Positions 10,083 through 18,971 of a stretch of 64,000 nt of DNA are shown here, one piece after another. The notes beneath the pieces are model-generated. The model had not been told where the DNA came from. It did no database searches and saw nothing but the letters and a program-made list of their open reading frames with translations. The translations under genes and the position numbers were made by a program. Positions within the stretch are counted from its first letter, which is position 1; each line of letters begins with the position of its first letter. The stretch lies in NCBI GenBank assembly GCA_965215265.1, contig OZ244048.1:1056001-1120000 (forward strand), given 5' to 3'. Origin of the DNA: Candidatus Poribacteria bacterium. Lineage in GTDB: Bacteria > Poribacteria > WGA-4E > WGA-3G.

Positions 10083-10111
10083 ATTATATCATACACAACA
10101 CAGAATGTCAA
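10083..10111 (-). promoter_or_regulatory. Consensus sigma70 promoter, near-leaderless
   Basis: Minus strand TTGACA-17 bp-TATAAT; ATG begins 9 nt past the -10 box. Confidence 0.75.
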
Positions 10112-10226
10112 ACTGTAGTTTTTTTATCTAAGAAGTTTGGAGAATTATATAAAATATACAAAGGGCTATTTCCAAGCACTCTAAAATCGTAGATCATAGA
10201 TTTCAAGTAGAATGGGCAACCGACCT

Positions 10227-11891
10227 TCACTGAGCAATTTTTATTATCGACTGACGGACTTGTAATAAACCTTTTCCTATGCTATCCGCTGCGATACGTT
10301 GGTGGGTACCGTTCGGCCATCGGATGTATAATACCTCAACTTGTGGTGTATGCCCAAGCCCAAAGGAGAGACGCAAGTCATTCCCGGATAGGTAACTCGC
10401 CCCACAGATAACCTCGCGAAGCAATGTCATTCCATTGGTTTGCAGTTTAACTTGCGCGCCGATTGCATCCGTGTTTGGCCCAGTACCGACTAAGTGCACC
10501 GTCACCCATGCATTCTGATTCCCAATCTCGTTGCTGAGGATAACCGCTGGGCGGTTGGATTGACAAATCACCACATCAACATCTCCATCGGTATCTATAT
10601 CGCCAAAGAGCATACCACGCACGACATACTCGGTGTCATTTAAACCGGCTTTTGTCGTAATCTCAGAGAAGATTCCACCGTGATTTCGAAATAATTGGAG
10701 GGGCTGCGCGTAACTGAGTTTCGCGTCAATCAGCTTGACGTTGTCCCAGATATGCCCGTTCCCGACGAGCAGATCTAGCCATCCGTCGTTATCAAAGTCA
10801 ATAAAACGGGTACCAAAGCCGAGGACATAAAACGACGGATCTGCGAGGCCCGTGTCAAACGTCATATCCTCAAAATAGCCGTCCCCATCATTTTGCATCA
10901 GGCAGTTTGCTTCCAACGAGAAGTTTGTCACCCACAGATCGATGTCGCCATCATTATCATAATCGCCTGCGTCTATGCCCATGGAGCCATTTGCGAGTCC
11001 GTCGCCATTATAGGCAGTGCCGCGAAGCACACCTTCTTCCCGAAAGGTCCCGTCTCCTTGATTGATGAAAAGGGTATTAGGATTCATGTCGTTAGCAACG
11101 TAGATATCTATCCAGCCGTCGTTGTTTACGTCAGTAAAGACAACCCCTAAGCCTCGCGTAGTGGATTGGTGTACACCAGCAGCTTCTGTAATATCTGTGA
11201 ACGTACCATCCGCGTTATTCTGATAAAGTACATCGGCAATGCCCTGGTATTCGTTCGGTCCACAGTAGATACGGAGTATGTTTTTGTAGTAGCACGGGAT
11301 ATCTTTTTCAAGGGTGTACTCGACGTAGTTGCAGACGTAGAGGTCCAAATCTCCATCCCGGTCGATGTCTGCGAAAGCCGCACTTGCGCTCAGCAGTGGA
11401 CAACCTACTTTTGCTTGTGTGGTTACATCAGTAAATGTTCCATCGCCGTTGTTGCGGTAAAGGACATTGCGACCTAAGTTCGTAATATATAAGTCGCGAT
11501 GTCCATCTCCATCGTAATCGGCTGCCACAGCCCCAAGTCCGTAACCTGTATCGCCGACGTTCGCAGATTCTGTCACATCTGTGAAGGATCCGTCATCATT
11601 GCGATAGAGGCGATTTTTCGGAGGCGGTTCAGGTGATGTCGAGAGTGCATTGCCCTGAACAAGATAAATATCTAAGTCACCGTCGTTGTCAAAATCAAAA
11701 AGTGCCCCGCCGCTTCCCATTGTCTCAACGAGGCGGCGTTCTGCAGAAAAACCGTTGACATGATGGAAATCAAGCCCCATTTCCGCGGTAACATCCCGAA
11801 AATACGGCTCCTGTGCATGTCCAATCGATATCGCGATGAGGAGGTAACTCAGACCTGTAAAGAAACGAAGCAAATTTTTTGTTTGGAACAT
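10227..11891 (-). CDS. Secreted CRTAC1/ASPIC-UnbV family FG-GAP repeat protein
   Basis: Repeated DxDxDGxxDL motifs; C-terminal SYLSGNDLRLSFGLG...IRWPNG; signal peptide. Confidence 0.9.
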   Translation of the reverse strand: MFQTKNLLRFFTGLSYLLIAISIGHAQEPYFRDVTAEMGLDFHHVNGFSAERRLVETMGSGGALFDFDNDGDLDIYLVQGNALSTSPEPPPKNRLYRNDDGSFTDVTESANVGDTGYGLGAVAADYDGDGHRDLYITNLGRNVLYRNNGDGTFTDVTTQAKVGCPLLSASAAFADIDRDGDLDLYVCNYVEYTLEKDIPCYYKNILRIYCGPNEYQGIADVLYQNNADGTFTDITEAAGVHQSTTRGLGVVFTDVNNDGWIDIYVANDMNPNTLFINQGDGTFREEGVLRGTAYNGDGLANGSMGIDAGDYDNDGDIDLWVTNFSLEANCLMQNDGDGYFEDMTFDTGLADPSFYVLGFGTRFIDFDNDGWLDLLVGNGHIWDNVKLIDAKLSYAQPLQLFRNHGGIFSEITTKAGLNDTEYVVRGMLFGDIDTDGDVDVVICQSNRPAVILSNEIGNQNAWVTVHLVGTGPNTDAIGAQVKLQTNGMTLLREVICGASYLSGNDLRLSFGLGHTPQVEVLYIRWPNGTHQRIAADSIGKGLLQVRQSIIKIAQ

Positions 11892-11941
11892 TGTTGTAGT
11901 TCGGTTCGCACAGCAGAGGCGTTTGTATACTTCAAGGGGTT

Positions 11942-12832
11942 TTAATCTTTTATTTCGGGCCGTGGACGCACAACCCGAAACCCAATGGTATGTGTTGAAT
12001 CGAGCGGATAAAATTTAAACCGTAAAGCGGAGCGTAGAAACGCGCGTCCAACATCCCAGGCCCCGCCACGAATGACTCGAGGACGCAATACATCCCGATA
12101 ACGGAGGTTAAGCGGGTTGTGTGGCATCTCCGTGCTATTTTGCTGATAGAGAGTCGGGTGGTATTCATCAAGGCACCACTCCCATACGTTCCCTGCGAGA
12201 TCTGCGATGCCGTTCGGTGAAGTGCCTTTCGCAAATTGCCCGACTGGCATCGGTTGATTGTAACGGCGCGCAAAATTGGCATGGTGACGCGCTTTCGGGG
12301 GTTGATTTCCCCATGGATAGATTCGTCTTTCTGTTCCTCGCGCCGCTTTTTCCCACTGCGCTTCGGTTGGAAGGCTTCCGCCAATCCATTCCGCAAAGGC
12401 TTGCGCGTCAAACCATGTTACACCTACAACAGGTTGTTCATCACCGTTGAATCTATCATCAGCCCAGGTTTTTTCACCGTTATGTCCACGCGGCGTGGGG
12501 CGGCCGGTTGTTTCTATGAAGACGCGGTATTGGGCATTTGTAATTTCATAGCGTGACATCTCGTATGTAGTAAGATAGACGCGATGTTGTGGCACTTCAG
12601 CGTCAAAGGTATGCCGTTCTAGTAGGGAGCTCCGCAATTTTGCGTCTTGATAGGCGGCATCTGCCTCTTCGCGGGTGGAACCGATGAGAAAAGTCCCGTC
12701 TGGAATTGCAACCCATTCTATGGTGGCAAGTACCTGTTGAACAGCCTCGGTTTGCGCCGCACCCACTGCACTACCAAATGCTAATAAGTAGATAAGGCAG
12801 ATGGCAAAAAAAAGTACATTTTCATTTATCAA
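11942..12832 (-). CDS. Formylglycine-generating enzyme (FGE-sulfatase/SUMF1) domain protein
   Basis: LPTEAQWEKAARG, DLAGNVWEW, RGGAW, IGFRV; signal-like N-terminus. Confidence 0.9.
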   Translation of the reverse strand: MINENVLFFAICLIYLLAFGSAVGAAQTEAVQQVLATIEWVAIPDGTFLIGSTREEADAAYQDAKLRSSLLERHTFDAEVPQHRVYLTTYEMSRYEITNAQYRVFIETTGRPTPRGHNGEKTWADDRFNGDEQPVVGVTWFDAQAFAEWIGGSLPTEAQWEKAARGTERRIYPWGNQPPKARHHANFARRYNQPMPVGQFAKGTSPNGIADLAGNVWEWCLDEYHPTLYQQNSTEMPHNPLNLRYRDVLRPRVIRGGAWDVGRAFLRSALRFKFYPLDSTHTIGFRVVRPRPEIKD

Positions 12833-12887
12833 TTTGAAAATTTGGGGTTCGCCTTAAGAATGTTAGGATGATTAAGTCCATGCCTAA

Positions 12888-13691
12888 TCAGCGCCTCTCA
12901 GGCAGACTGTGTCGACGTTTAAGGTCACCCCAGGCAACCGATAGTTTCGCGCGAGGTGACACATCAAATGGGACAAGTAGATCTTCAAAATACTCAAATT
13001 GCGCGATCTGTTTGCCTTTGCTGTCACAGATACCGACGTAAATGCCAACCTCAAGGGGCTCATCAAACTCTTGTTCGGTTTCACCAATATCGATCCATTT
13101 ATCGTTGGCTTCTCTCTTCCACCACGCAGTGAAAGTGTCTTTTTCTCTCCGGAGCCGCATGTAAAGTGCCATTTCACCGGCCGGCTCTTGAAAACCTGGA
13201 ACCACGCCAACAAGTCCTTCTCCGTTATCAAATTGCCGTTTCTGATATTGAATCACTGCATTATTATCGTTCGCGGGCCCGCGTCCCCAGAGTTTTATCG
13301 TCACCCATTCTCCGTCGCGTCCTTGATGGTCTTTCGTCGTCGGTGAATAAGCAGCAACTCCTGCTACAACACAAGCATCTTCATAGTCCATGTAGAGATG
13401 CGTTTCAATATCAAAATCACCTTCATGTTCCTGGTAGAGGCGATTCGTCGTATCATCAGGCCATAGGTTACGATTGAGTTCACCTGTGACATGCAGCCAC
13501 CCAACTTTTGTTTTGCCCAAATCCCATTCTTCGGGTTCAACGCCTTCCTCTTTCGATGTTTTCCACTTCCAATTTGGATTTTTTAAAGCATTCCCATCAA
13601 ACGGATCCCCGAGTGAATCTGCTGCTGTTGCATCAAATGTCCCAAAAACTATGAGTAATCCAACAAGCCCTAAGATAATCATCTGTTTCAT
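12888..13691 (-). CDS. Secreted ConA-like/DUF1349-type beta-sandwich protein with C-terminal sorting-like motif
   Basis: Signal peptide; DPFDG...W; C-terminus VSPRAKLSVAWGDLK. Confidence 0.7.
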   Translation of the reverse strand: MKQMIILGLVGLLIVFGTFDATAADSLGDPFDGNALKNPNWKWKTSKEEGVEPEEWDLGKTKVGWLHVTGELNRNLWPDDTTNRLYQEHEGDFDIETHLYMDYEDACVVAGVAAYSPTTKDHQGRDGEWVTIKLWGRGPANDNNAVIQYQKRQFDNGEGLVGVVPGFQEPAGEMALYMRLRREKDTFTAWWKREANDKWIDIGETEQEFDEPLEVGIYVGICDSKGKQIAQFEYFEDLLVPFDVSPRAKLSVAWGDLKRRHSLPERR

Positions 13692-13716
13692 AAATTCTCT
13701 CCTTATAATATAGTAA

Positions 13717-13810
13717 ATTTTACAATGACTTATACCTTATGAGCAACACGTCTACCGAGGCAGGGGATATTCCAAGCGTGCGCGGAGACATGTCGCCTAA
13801 TTTTCATAAG
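13717..13810. repeat. Intergenic repeat family F, copy 1
   Basis: Shares ATTTTACAATGAyTTATACCTyATGA, CTACCGAGGCAG and AGCGTG blocks with 14848-14950; flanked by CTTATGA/TCATAAG. Confidence 0.65.
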
Positions 13811-13824
13811 CGACTATGAGTCAG

Positions 13825-13859
13825 GTAACTGGCGGTGTCAGAGCCGCCAGTTACTGAAA
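13825..13859. terminator. Intrinsic terminator hairpin after the 13881 gene
   Basis: GTAACTGGCGG-TGTCAGAG-CCGCCAGTTAC inverted repeat. Confidence 0.65.
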
Positions 13860-13880
13860 AACCGTAGCGTTGACATGAGG

Positions 13881-14651
13881 CTATTGACGTTTAAGAGTGC
13901 CCCAGGTGACGGCGAGCCGGTCGCGCGGATCCACGGGGGTTGCCGGGCTTGACGCTTCACGGAAATAGTCAAACGTGACGGTCATTTTGCCTGCCCCCTC
14001 GCCTTCACAGATACCGACATAGATACCCACTTCTAAGGGTTCCTGAAGTGCGTTGGTAACTTTGCTCACAGAAACCCAATCGCCCTGTGCATCTGGCTTA
14101 AACCAGGATTCATACTCATCGCCATCGCGTTGGATGCGCAGTTCAATAGGGATGACACCTTGCTCTGGATTGTAGTCCGGTTGTGTACCAACATAAGGCG
14201 CAGCGTCGTTTTGCCGGCGTTGATACTGAAGAACGGCATTGTTATTTTGCGCGGCACCGCGACCCCATAACTTTAGTGTCACCCATTCGCCATCACGGCC
14301 TTGACTATCCTGCGTCGTTGCCGAATACACAACGATACCAGCAACCGTGCAAGCGTCTGCATAATCGACAACCATTGATGTTTCAATGTCAAACTGGTCT
14401 TGATCTGTTACTTGATAGAAACGTGTCGTCGTGTCATCAGCCCACAAATTCTGATCGAATCCTGCTTCTGCAACGAGAAGTCCGTCTTTTAGCTCCCAAG
14501 GGCTTTTATCGCTATTTGTGACCTGCCAAAAAGATTGAAGCGTATTGCCGCTCCCATCAAATTCATCGCTCATCAACGTTTGCGCAAAAACACCGTTGAC
14601 AAAACTTACAGACAGCAACGTTGCTATTAAGAGACAAAAAGTCTGTTTCAT
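13881..14651 (-). CDS. Paralogue of 12888-13691 (secreted beta-sandwich protein)
   Basis: Shared GRDGEWVTxKLWGRG, NNAVxQYQ, EPLEVGIYVGIC; C-terminus VDPRDRLAVTWGTLK; start MKQTF at 14651. Confidence 0.75.
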   Translation of the reverse strand: MKQTFCLLIATLLSVSFVNGVFAQTLMSDEFDGSGNTLQSFWQVTNSDKSPWELKDGLLVAEAGFDQNLWADDTTTRFYQVTDQDQFDIETSMVVDYADACTVAGIVVYSATTQDSQGRDGEWVTLKLWGRGAAQNNNAVLQYQRRQNDAAPYVGTQPDYNPEQGVIPIELRIQRDGDEYESWFKPDAQGDWVSVSKVTNALQEPLEVGIYVGICEGEGAGKMTVTFDYFREASSPATPVDPRDRLAVTWGTLKRQ

Positions 14652-14847
14652 TAGGACAATTTCCTTTCTATATTGATAGTTTTTCATAAAATAAAACAAA
14701 ACCGGACTCACCCTCACCTTTGGTATGAAACAAGGTTTATTATACTTGCCAGATATACCTCGCTTCCCAATTGAGCGGACCTGTTTCCGGTTTATATAAC
14801 CGATTAAAGATTTTATCATTTTTGTTAAAAAAAATCAACTTTTTTCG

Positions 14848-14950
14848 ATTTTACAATGATTTATACCTCATGACCCGCGAGGTTGGAAGCCTCACCTACC
14901 GAGGCAGTATTTTCGAGCGTGCCAGCCGAAATATCTACTTATTTTCATTA
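14848..14950. repeat. Intergenic repeat family F, copy 2, containing a GTAG-type REP-like hairpin
   Basis: Minus strand GTAG-GTGAGGC-TTCC-AACCTCGC within blocks shared with 13717-13810. Confidence 0.6.
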
Positions 14951-15137
14951 TTCACTCTAATTATGGTTGAGGCGAATCAGAACGATGGAATTTGGACAAC
15001 TTGCAGGAGATACTTTACTTGCAACAGAACATGTTTAAAATTGGACAATTTAACGATGCACTTTGATGCTGTGCATACGGTATTCAAAGCCGAGATTCAA
15101 GTGCTAAGAGGCAAGAAGGAACTAATGCTAGACGGAA

Positions 15138-15968
15138 TCAAGCGTCAAAAAAATTGAGCCGTTGGCAGATTTTTTTCGCACCGGCAAGGCGTGGACACAA
15201 TTCGAACGCCAATTGTAAAACCTCGCGTGCTTCTTGTAACCTATCGCTTTCAACATAAAACTCAGCAATCTTTTTGTAGACCCAGGCGGTTTCGCGTTTT
15301 GGCAGTTGTAATGCCTGCACCTTCGCCAACGGAATGGGTGTGTCTTGATGACTATTCTCATCACGAAAGAGATAGAGATATATCCATTTTAATCGTTCTT
15401 TAACTTCGGCGGTAAAGTGTCGGAAATACGGACGTTGCAACTCTGCCGACAAGAGCGATTCATAAATCTCCATTGCTTGTTTAAGATAGCGCGATGCTTG
15501 AGTACCTCTCTTACACAATGCAACCTTCTGATATGCCTCGGCAACGAGGAATTCACAATCCCGGCTCTCTTCATAACTCAATACATCGTCAATGCACAAA
15601 CTTCCGTTTTTCTTAAAGTGGCGAAGCAGCTGCTCGTACACAGAAATTCCGGTTTCATAATTTTGATGGAGCAGTGCCTGAAACAGCGATTCTAACTTGG
15701 AATAGGTATAACTTTGATAATTGCCGGATGCTTTCTTCTTGCGTTCAAGGGCCTCAAGTGTTTTATCATAGTCGCGCTTCTGCCTTTCGTCCTGCAAGAT
15801 GGTATACGCGCTACTGACTTGGCGAAACATCTGAGCTGCAAAAGCAACTTGCTCTGGATTTTTATCCGGATGGTATCGTTTCGCAAGTTTCCGGAATGCC
15901 CGTTTAATCTCACGGGCAGTCGCGCTCCGCTCGATTTCTAAAATTTGGTAGTAGTCTGGAATTTGCAT
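15138..15968 (-). CDS. DnaJ-domain protein with helical/TPR-like C-terminus
   Basis: DYYQILEI...IKRAFRKLAKRYHPDKN (HPD motif). Confidence 0.88.
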   Translation of the reverse strand: MQIPDYYQILEIERSATAREIKRAFRKLAKRYHPDKNPEQVAFAAQMFRQVSSAYTILQDERQKRDYDKTLEALERKKKASGNYQSYTYSKLESLFQALLHQNYETGISVYEQLLRHFKKNGSLCIDDVLSYEESRDCEFLVAEAYQKVALCKRGTQASRYLKQAMEIYESLLSAELQRPYFRHFTAEVKERLKWIYLYLFRDENSHQDTPIPLAKVQALQLPKRETAWVYKKIAEFYVESDRLQEAREVLQLAFELCPRLAGAKKICQRLNFFDA

Positions 15969-16389
15969 GTGATTAACAATTTATTGATAATCTGAATTTG
16001 ATAGAAACCCAGCCAGTTTGCCATCAGAAACAGAACATCTTCAGAGTATAATCTGTTGAAAGAAAACAAGACCTAAATCAATTCTCCATTAACATAATAC
16101 CATTTTTTTTTGAACTTGACAACGTTTCTCGCTTACCCCGATTTTTTGTAGAAGGATTGTGATAAAAGGTTTCTTATGGGAAACGTGTCGGAAAGTGTGT
16201 GATATTATTACAAAATACCTCCTTTTTTGGATTTGGGAAATTACTTTTGAACAACCGACCCAAGCACATATTGGCACTTTAGAGTTGCTGGTGTATCTGG
16301 CTTATGTATGAGAAGTACGCGTACCATGGGGTGAAACCGTTCAATGAATAGCGAAAGGGTTATTCGGTGATGCTGATGAAGAAGAGGCG

Positions 16390-16584
16390 ATGGCGGTTAT
16401 CAAGACACTAGGTTCCAAGTCTGTAGAAGTAGCAGTATTGCGTGCGGCGGGTTACACGTTGTCGGAGAGAGGAAAACGGCTCCACATTCCGAAGGACACG
16501 GCGAAGTCGCGCTGGTGGAAGATTCGTGAACGTGTTCATGAACATTTCGGATTGCCGTTTCCACCGAAAGATGAGAAACCCTAA
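16390..16584 (+). pseudogene. HTH (sigma region 4/LuxR-like) fragment, probable remnant
   Basis: LRAAGYTLSERGKRLHIPKDTAKSRWWKIR resembles a C-terminal HTH; no N-terminal domain. Confidence 0.45.
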
Positions 16585-17011
16585 CGCGATTCGGATTGCT
16601 TCAGGTTTATCCCTGTTTTGGATTCAAAAGAGGGGAATAGACGCGAATTGGTAGTTTATTTTAAGAAAATGGCAGTTTTTTGTCTTTACGCTATATAAAA
16701 AAAGCTGCTTTTTTTTAGGCGAAACTCCCGTTCAATTGCCCTCATTCGCGCCCGATTATCGTTGAAATGGGACGCGATGAACTGGAACGCCGATTCCAAA
16801 GGAGATAAAACATGTTCCTTCCAAAATATTGATTACCGCTCTCCGTCTCGTTCGTTCCAAAAGTAAGGAATAAAGTCCATTGCCCGAATCCAATAGCAAG
16901 GTGAGTTATGGAAATAGATTGTGTAGAGGGCCCGTCTCGTGGTGAGAGGCACCTCTAAGCCTGAGAATTGAGTCAGCTGTTTCCATATCCTGTATTCAAT
17001 CTATTTTTAAT

Positions 17012-17040
17012 TTGACAAACACTTCTTCTTGAGGTATAAT
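17012..17040 (+). promoter_or_regulatory. Consensus sigma70 promoter of the LRR gene
   Basis: TTGACA-17 bp-TATAAT. Confidence 0.8.
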
Positions 17041-17310
17041 TAAGTCAAATAAGCTTTTGCGAAGAGAGCAAAAGTGTTCTTTAAAAGTGAAAGAATGAAC
17101 GGACGTGTCCGTTGGCAGTTTGTGAATGCACTTCATTTTTTGGAAAGTGACTCACAAACACGATTTCATTTTCTTGAACACCTATGTGCACGTCTTACGA
17201 ATTGGCAAAAAGTGTTGAAAACGTAGTCTGTTAGGAAACTTAGTCCGAACTATAAAGGAAAGTCAAGTTTATTCCGTCACGGGATAAAGAATAACAAGGA
17301 GTTAGATAAT

Positions 17311-18737
17311 ATGAAGAGAAGAATGTACCCCCCCCTCTCTATGTTAAGTGTTTTAGTTCTATTCTTAATCGCTGCGCTTGTTATGCCGTTTACAAACACC
17401 CCTTAACCTGTTCCATTCTATTTTGCATCACGCTTTCGTTACTCATTGCCCCCCTGGCAGTGAGCCAAAATCCGGTAGTGAACATTCCGGATGCGGCGCT
17501 CCTTGCGGAAATAGAGGAGGAACTCTACATCTCCGCGGGGACGGCTGTCACCCAGGCAGATATGCTCCGCTTGACATACCTCGATCTAAGGGAATCAAAC
17601 GTTAGCGATCTGACAGGACTTGAATACGCCACCAACTTGGAAGAGCTGGAGCTCTATGATACGCAAGTAGAGGATATCTCGCCGCTGTCAACCCTCACCA
17701 ACTTGGTATATCTGGATCTCGACAGTACGCAAGTAGAGGATATCTCGCCGCTGTCAACCCTCACTAACTTGAAAAAGCTGTATCTCAGTGATACGCAAGT
17801 AGAGGATATCTCGCATCTGTCAACCCTCATCAGCTTGACAACGCTGTTTCTCACTAATACGCAAGTAGAGGATATCTCGCATCTGTCAACCCTCATCAAA
17901 TTGGATTGGCTGTGGCTCAGGAATACGCAAGTAGAGGATATCTCAGCACTGTCAGGCCTCACCGAATTGGTAAAGCTGAATCTCAGGGATACGCAAGTGT
18001 TGGATATCTCGCCGCTGTCAGGCCTCACTAACTTGCTAGAGCTGTATCTCAGGGGTACGCAAGTAGAGGATATCTCGCCGCTGTCAGGCCTCATCAACTT
18101 GATAGAGCTGTCTCTCAGTGATACGCAAGTAGAGGATATCTCGCCGCTGTCAACCCTCACCAGCTTGATAGGGCTGGATCTCAGTGATACGCCAGTGTCG
18201 GATATCTCGCCGCTGTCAACCCTCACCAACTTGATATCGCTGAATATCAGGAATGCGCGAGTGTCGGATATCTCGGCACTGTCACACCTCACCAAATTGA
18301 CAGTGGTAGGTTTTACGGATTCGCCAGTGTCGGATATCTCAGCACTGTCAACCCTCCCCAACTTGATAGTGTTAGGTCTGGTGAACATTCCGGATGAGAC
18401 GCTCCTTGCGGCAATCAAGGAGAAACTCGACATCACCGATGATCCGGATGTTTTCCAGAGAGATATACTCCGCTTGACAGAGCTTGATTTAGGTGGCTCA
18501 GACGTTAGCGATCTGACCGGACTTGAATACGCCACCAACTTGGAAGAGTTGGATCTCAGTGATACACAAGTAGAGGATATCTCTGCTCTGTCAAGCCTCA
18601 CGAGTTTGCTAGAGCTGTCTCTCTCGGGAACGCCAATAGAGGATGAGGATATCTCGCATCTGTCAGGCCTTATCAACTTGAAAAAGTTGGATCTCAGTGA
18701 TACGGAAGTGTCGGATATCACGCCGCTGTCACAATAA
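17311..18737 (+). CDS. Internalin-like leucine-rich-repeat surface protein, frameshifted at a C8 tract (17328-17335)
   Basis: 22-aa LRRs (66-bp repeats), two VNIPD N-caps; AAGGAG+ATG 17311 is out of frame with the LRR frame, which is open from 17310 and encodes a signal-like stretch. Confidence 0.8.
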
Positions 18738-18742
18738 TTAAC

Positions 18743-18918
18743 AACGGTGGGCGACGCTTAAGGCACAAGAGTCACCTCAGTGAGATGTAACCTAACCTAA
18801 CCTAACCTAACCTAACCAGGGGCAGCCACCCTCACATGGCTGCCCCTGGTTTTTTTGGTTTCAGAGAAGCACCGAGGCCGCCCTGCGAGGCAAAACGTGA
18901 AGGTTGCCTTGACAAAAT
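18743..18918 (+). repeat. Direct repeat module, copy 1: (TAACC)6 + terminator + -35 box
   Basis: Highly similar to 20383-20549. Confidence 0.9.
18816..18857 (+). terminator. Intrinsic terminator
   Basis: CCAGGGGCAGCCA-8 nt-TGGCTGCCCCTGG followed by T7. Confidence 0.9.
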
Positions 18919-18938
18919 AATAGCGAGGCTGCTATACT
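18909..18938 (+). promoter_or_regulatory. Promoter for the Rpn-like gene
   Basis: TTGACA-18 bp-TATACT with extended -10 TG; AAGGAG RBS before ATG 18972. Confidence 0.7.
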
Positions 18939-18971
18939 TTATTATCAGAAGTGAAGCGTCTAAGGAGATAG

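Noticed and set aside
17654-18721. 355-aa antisense ORF
   Set aside because: Shadow of the LRR repeats on the opposite strand.
18788-18817. (TAACC)6 as an arthropod-type telomere or eukaryotic contamination
   Set aside because: Only six units, embedded in a bacterial terminator module that recurs with degenerate units.
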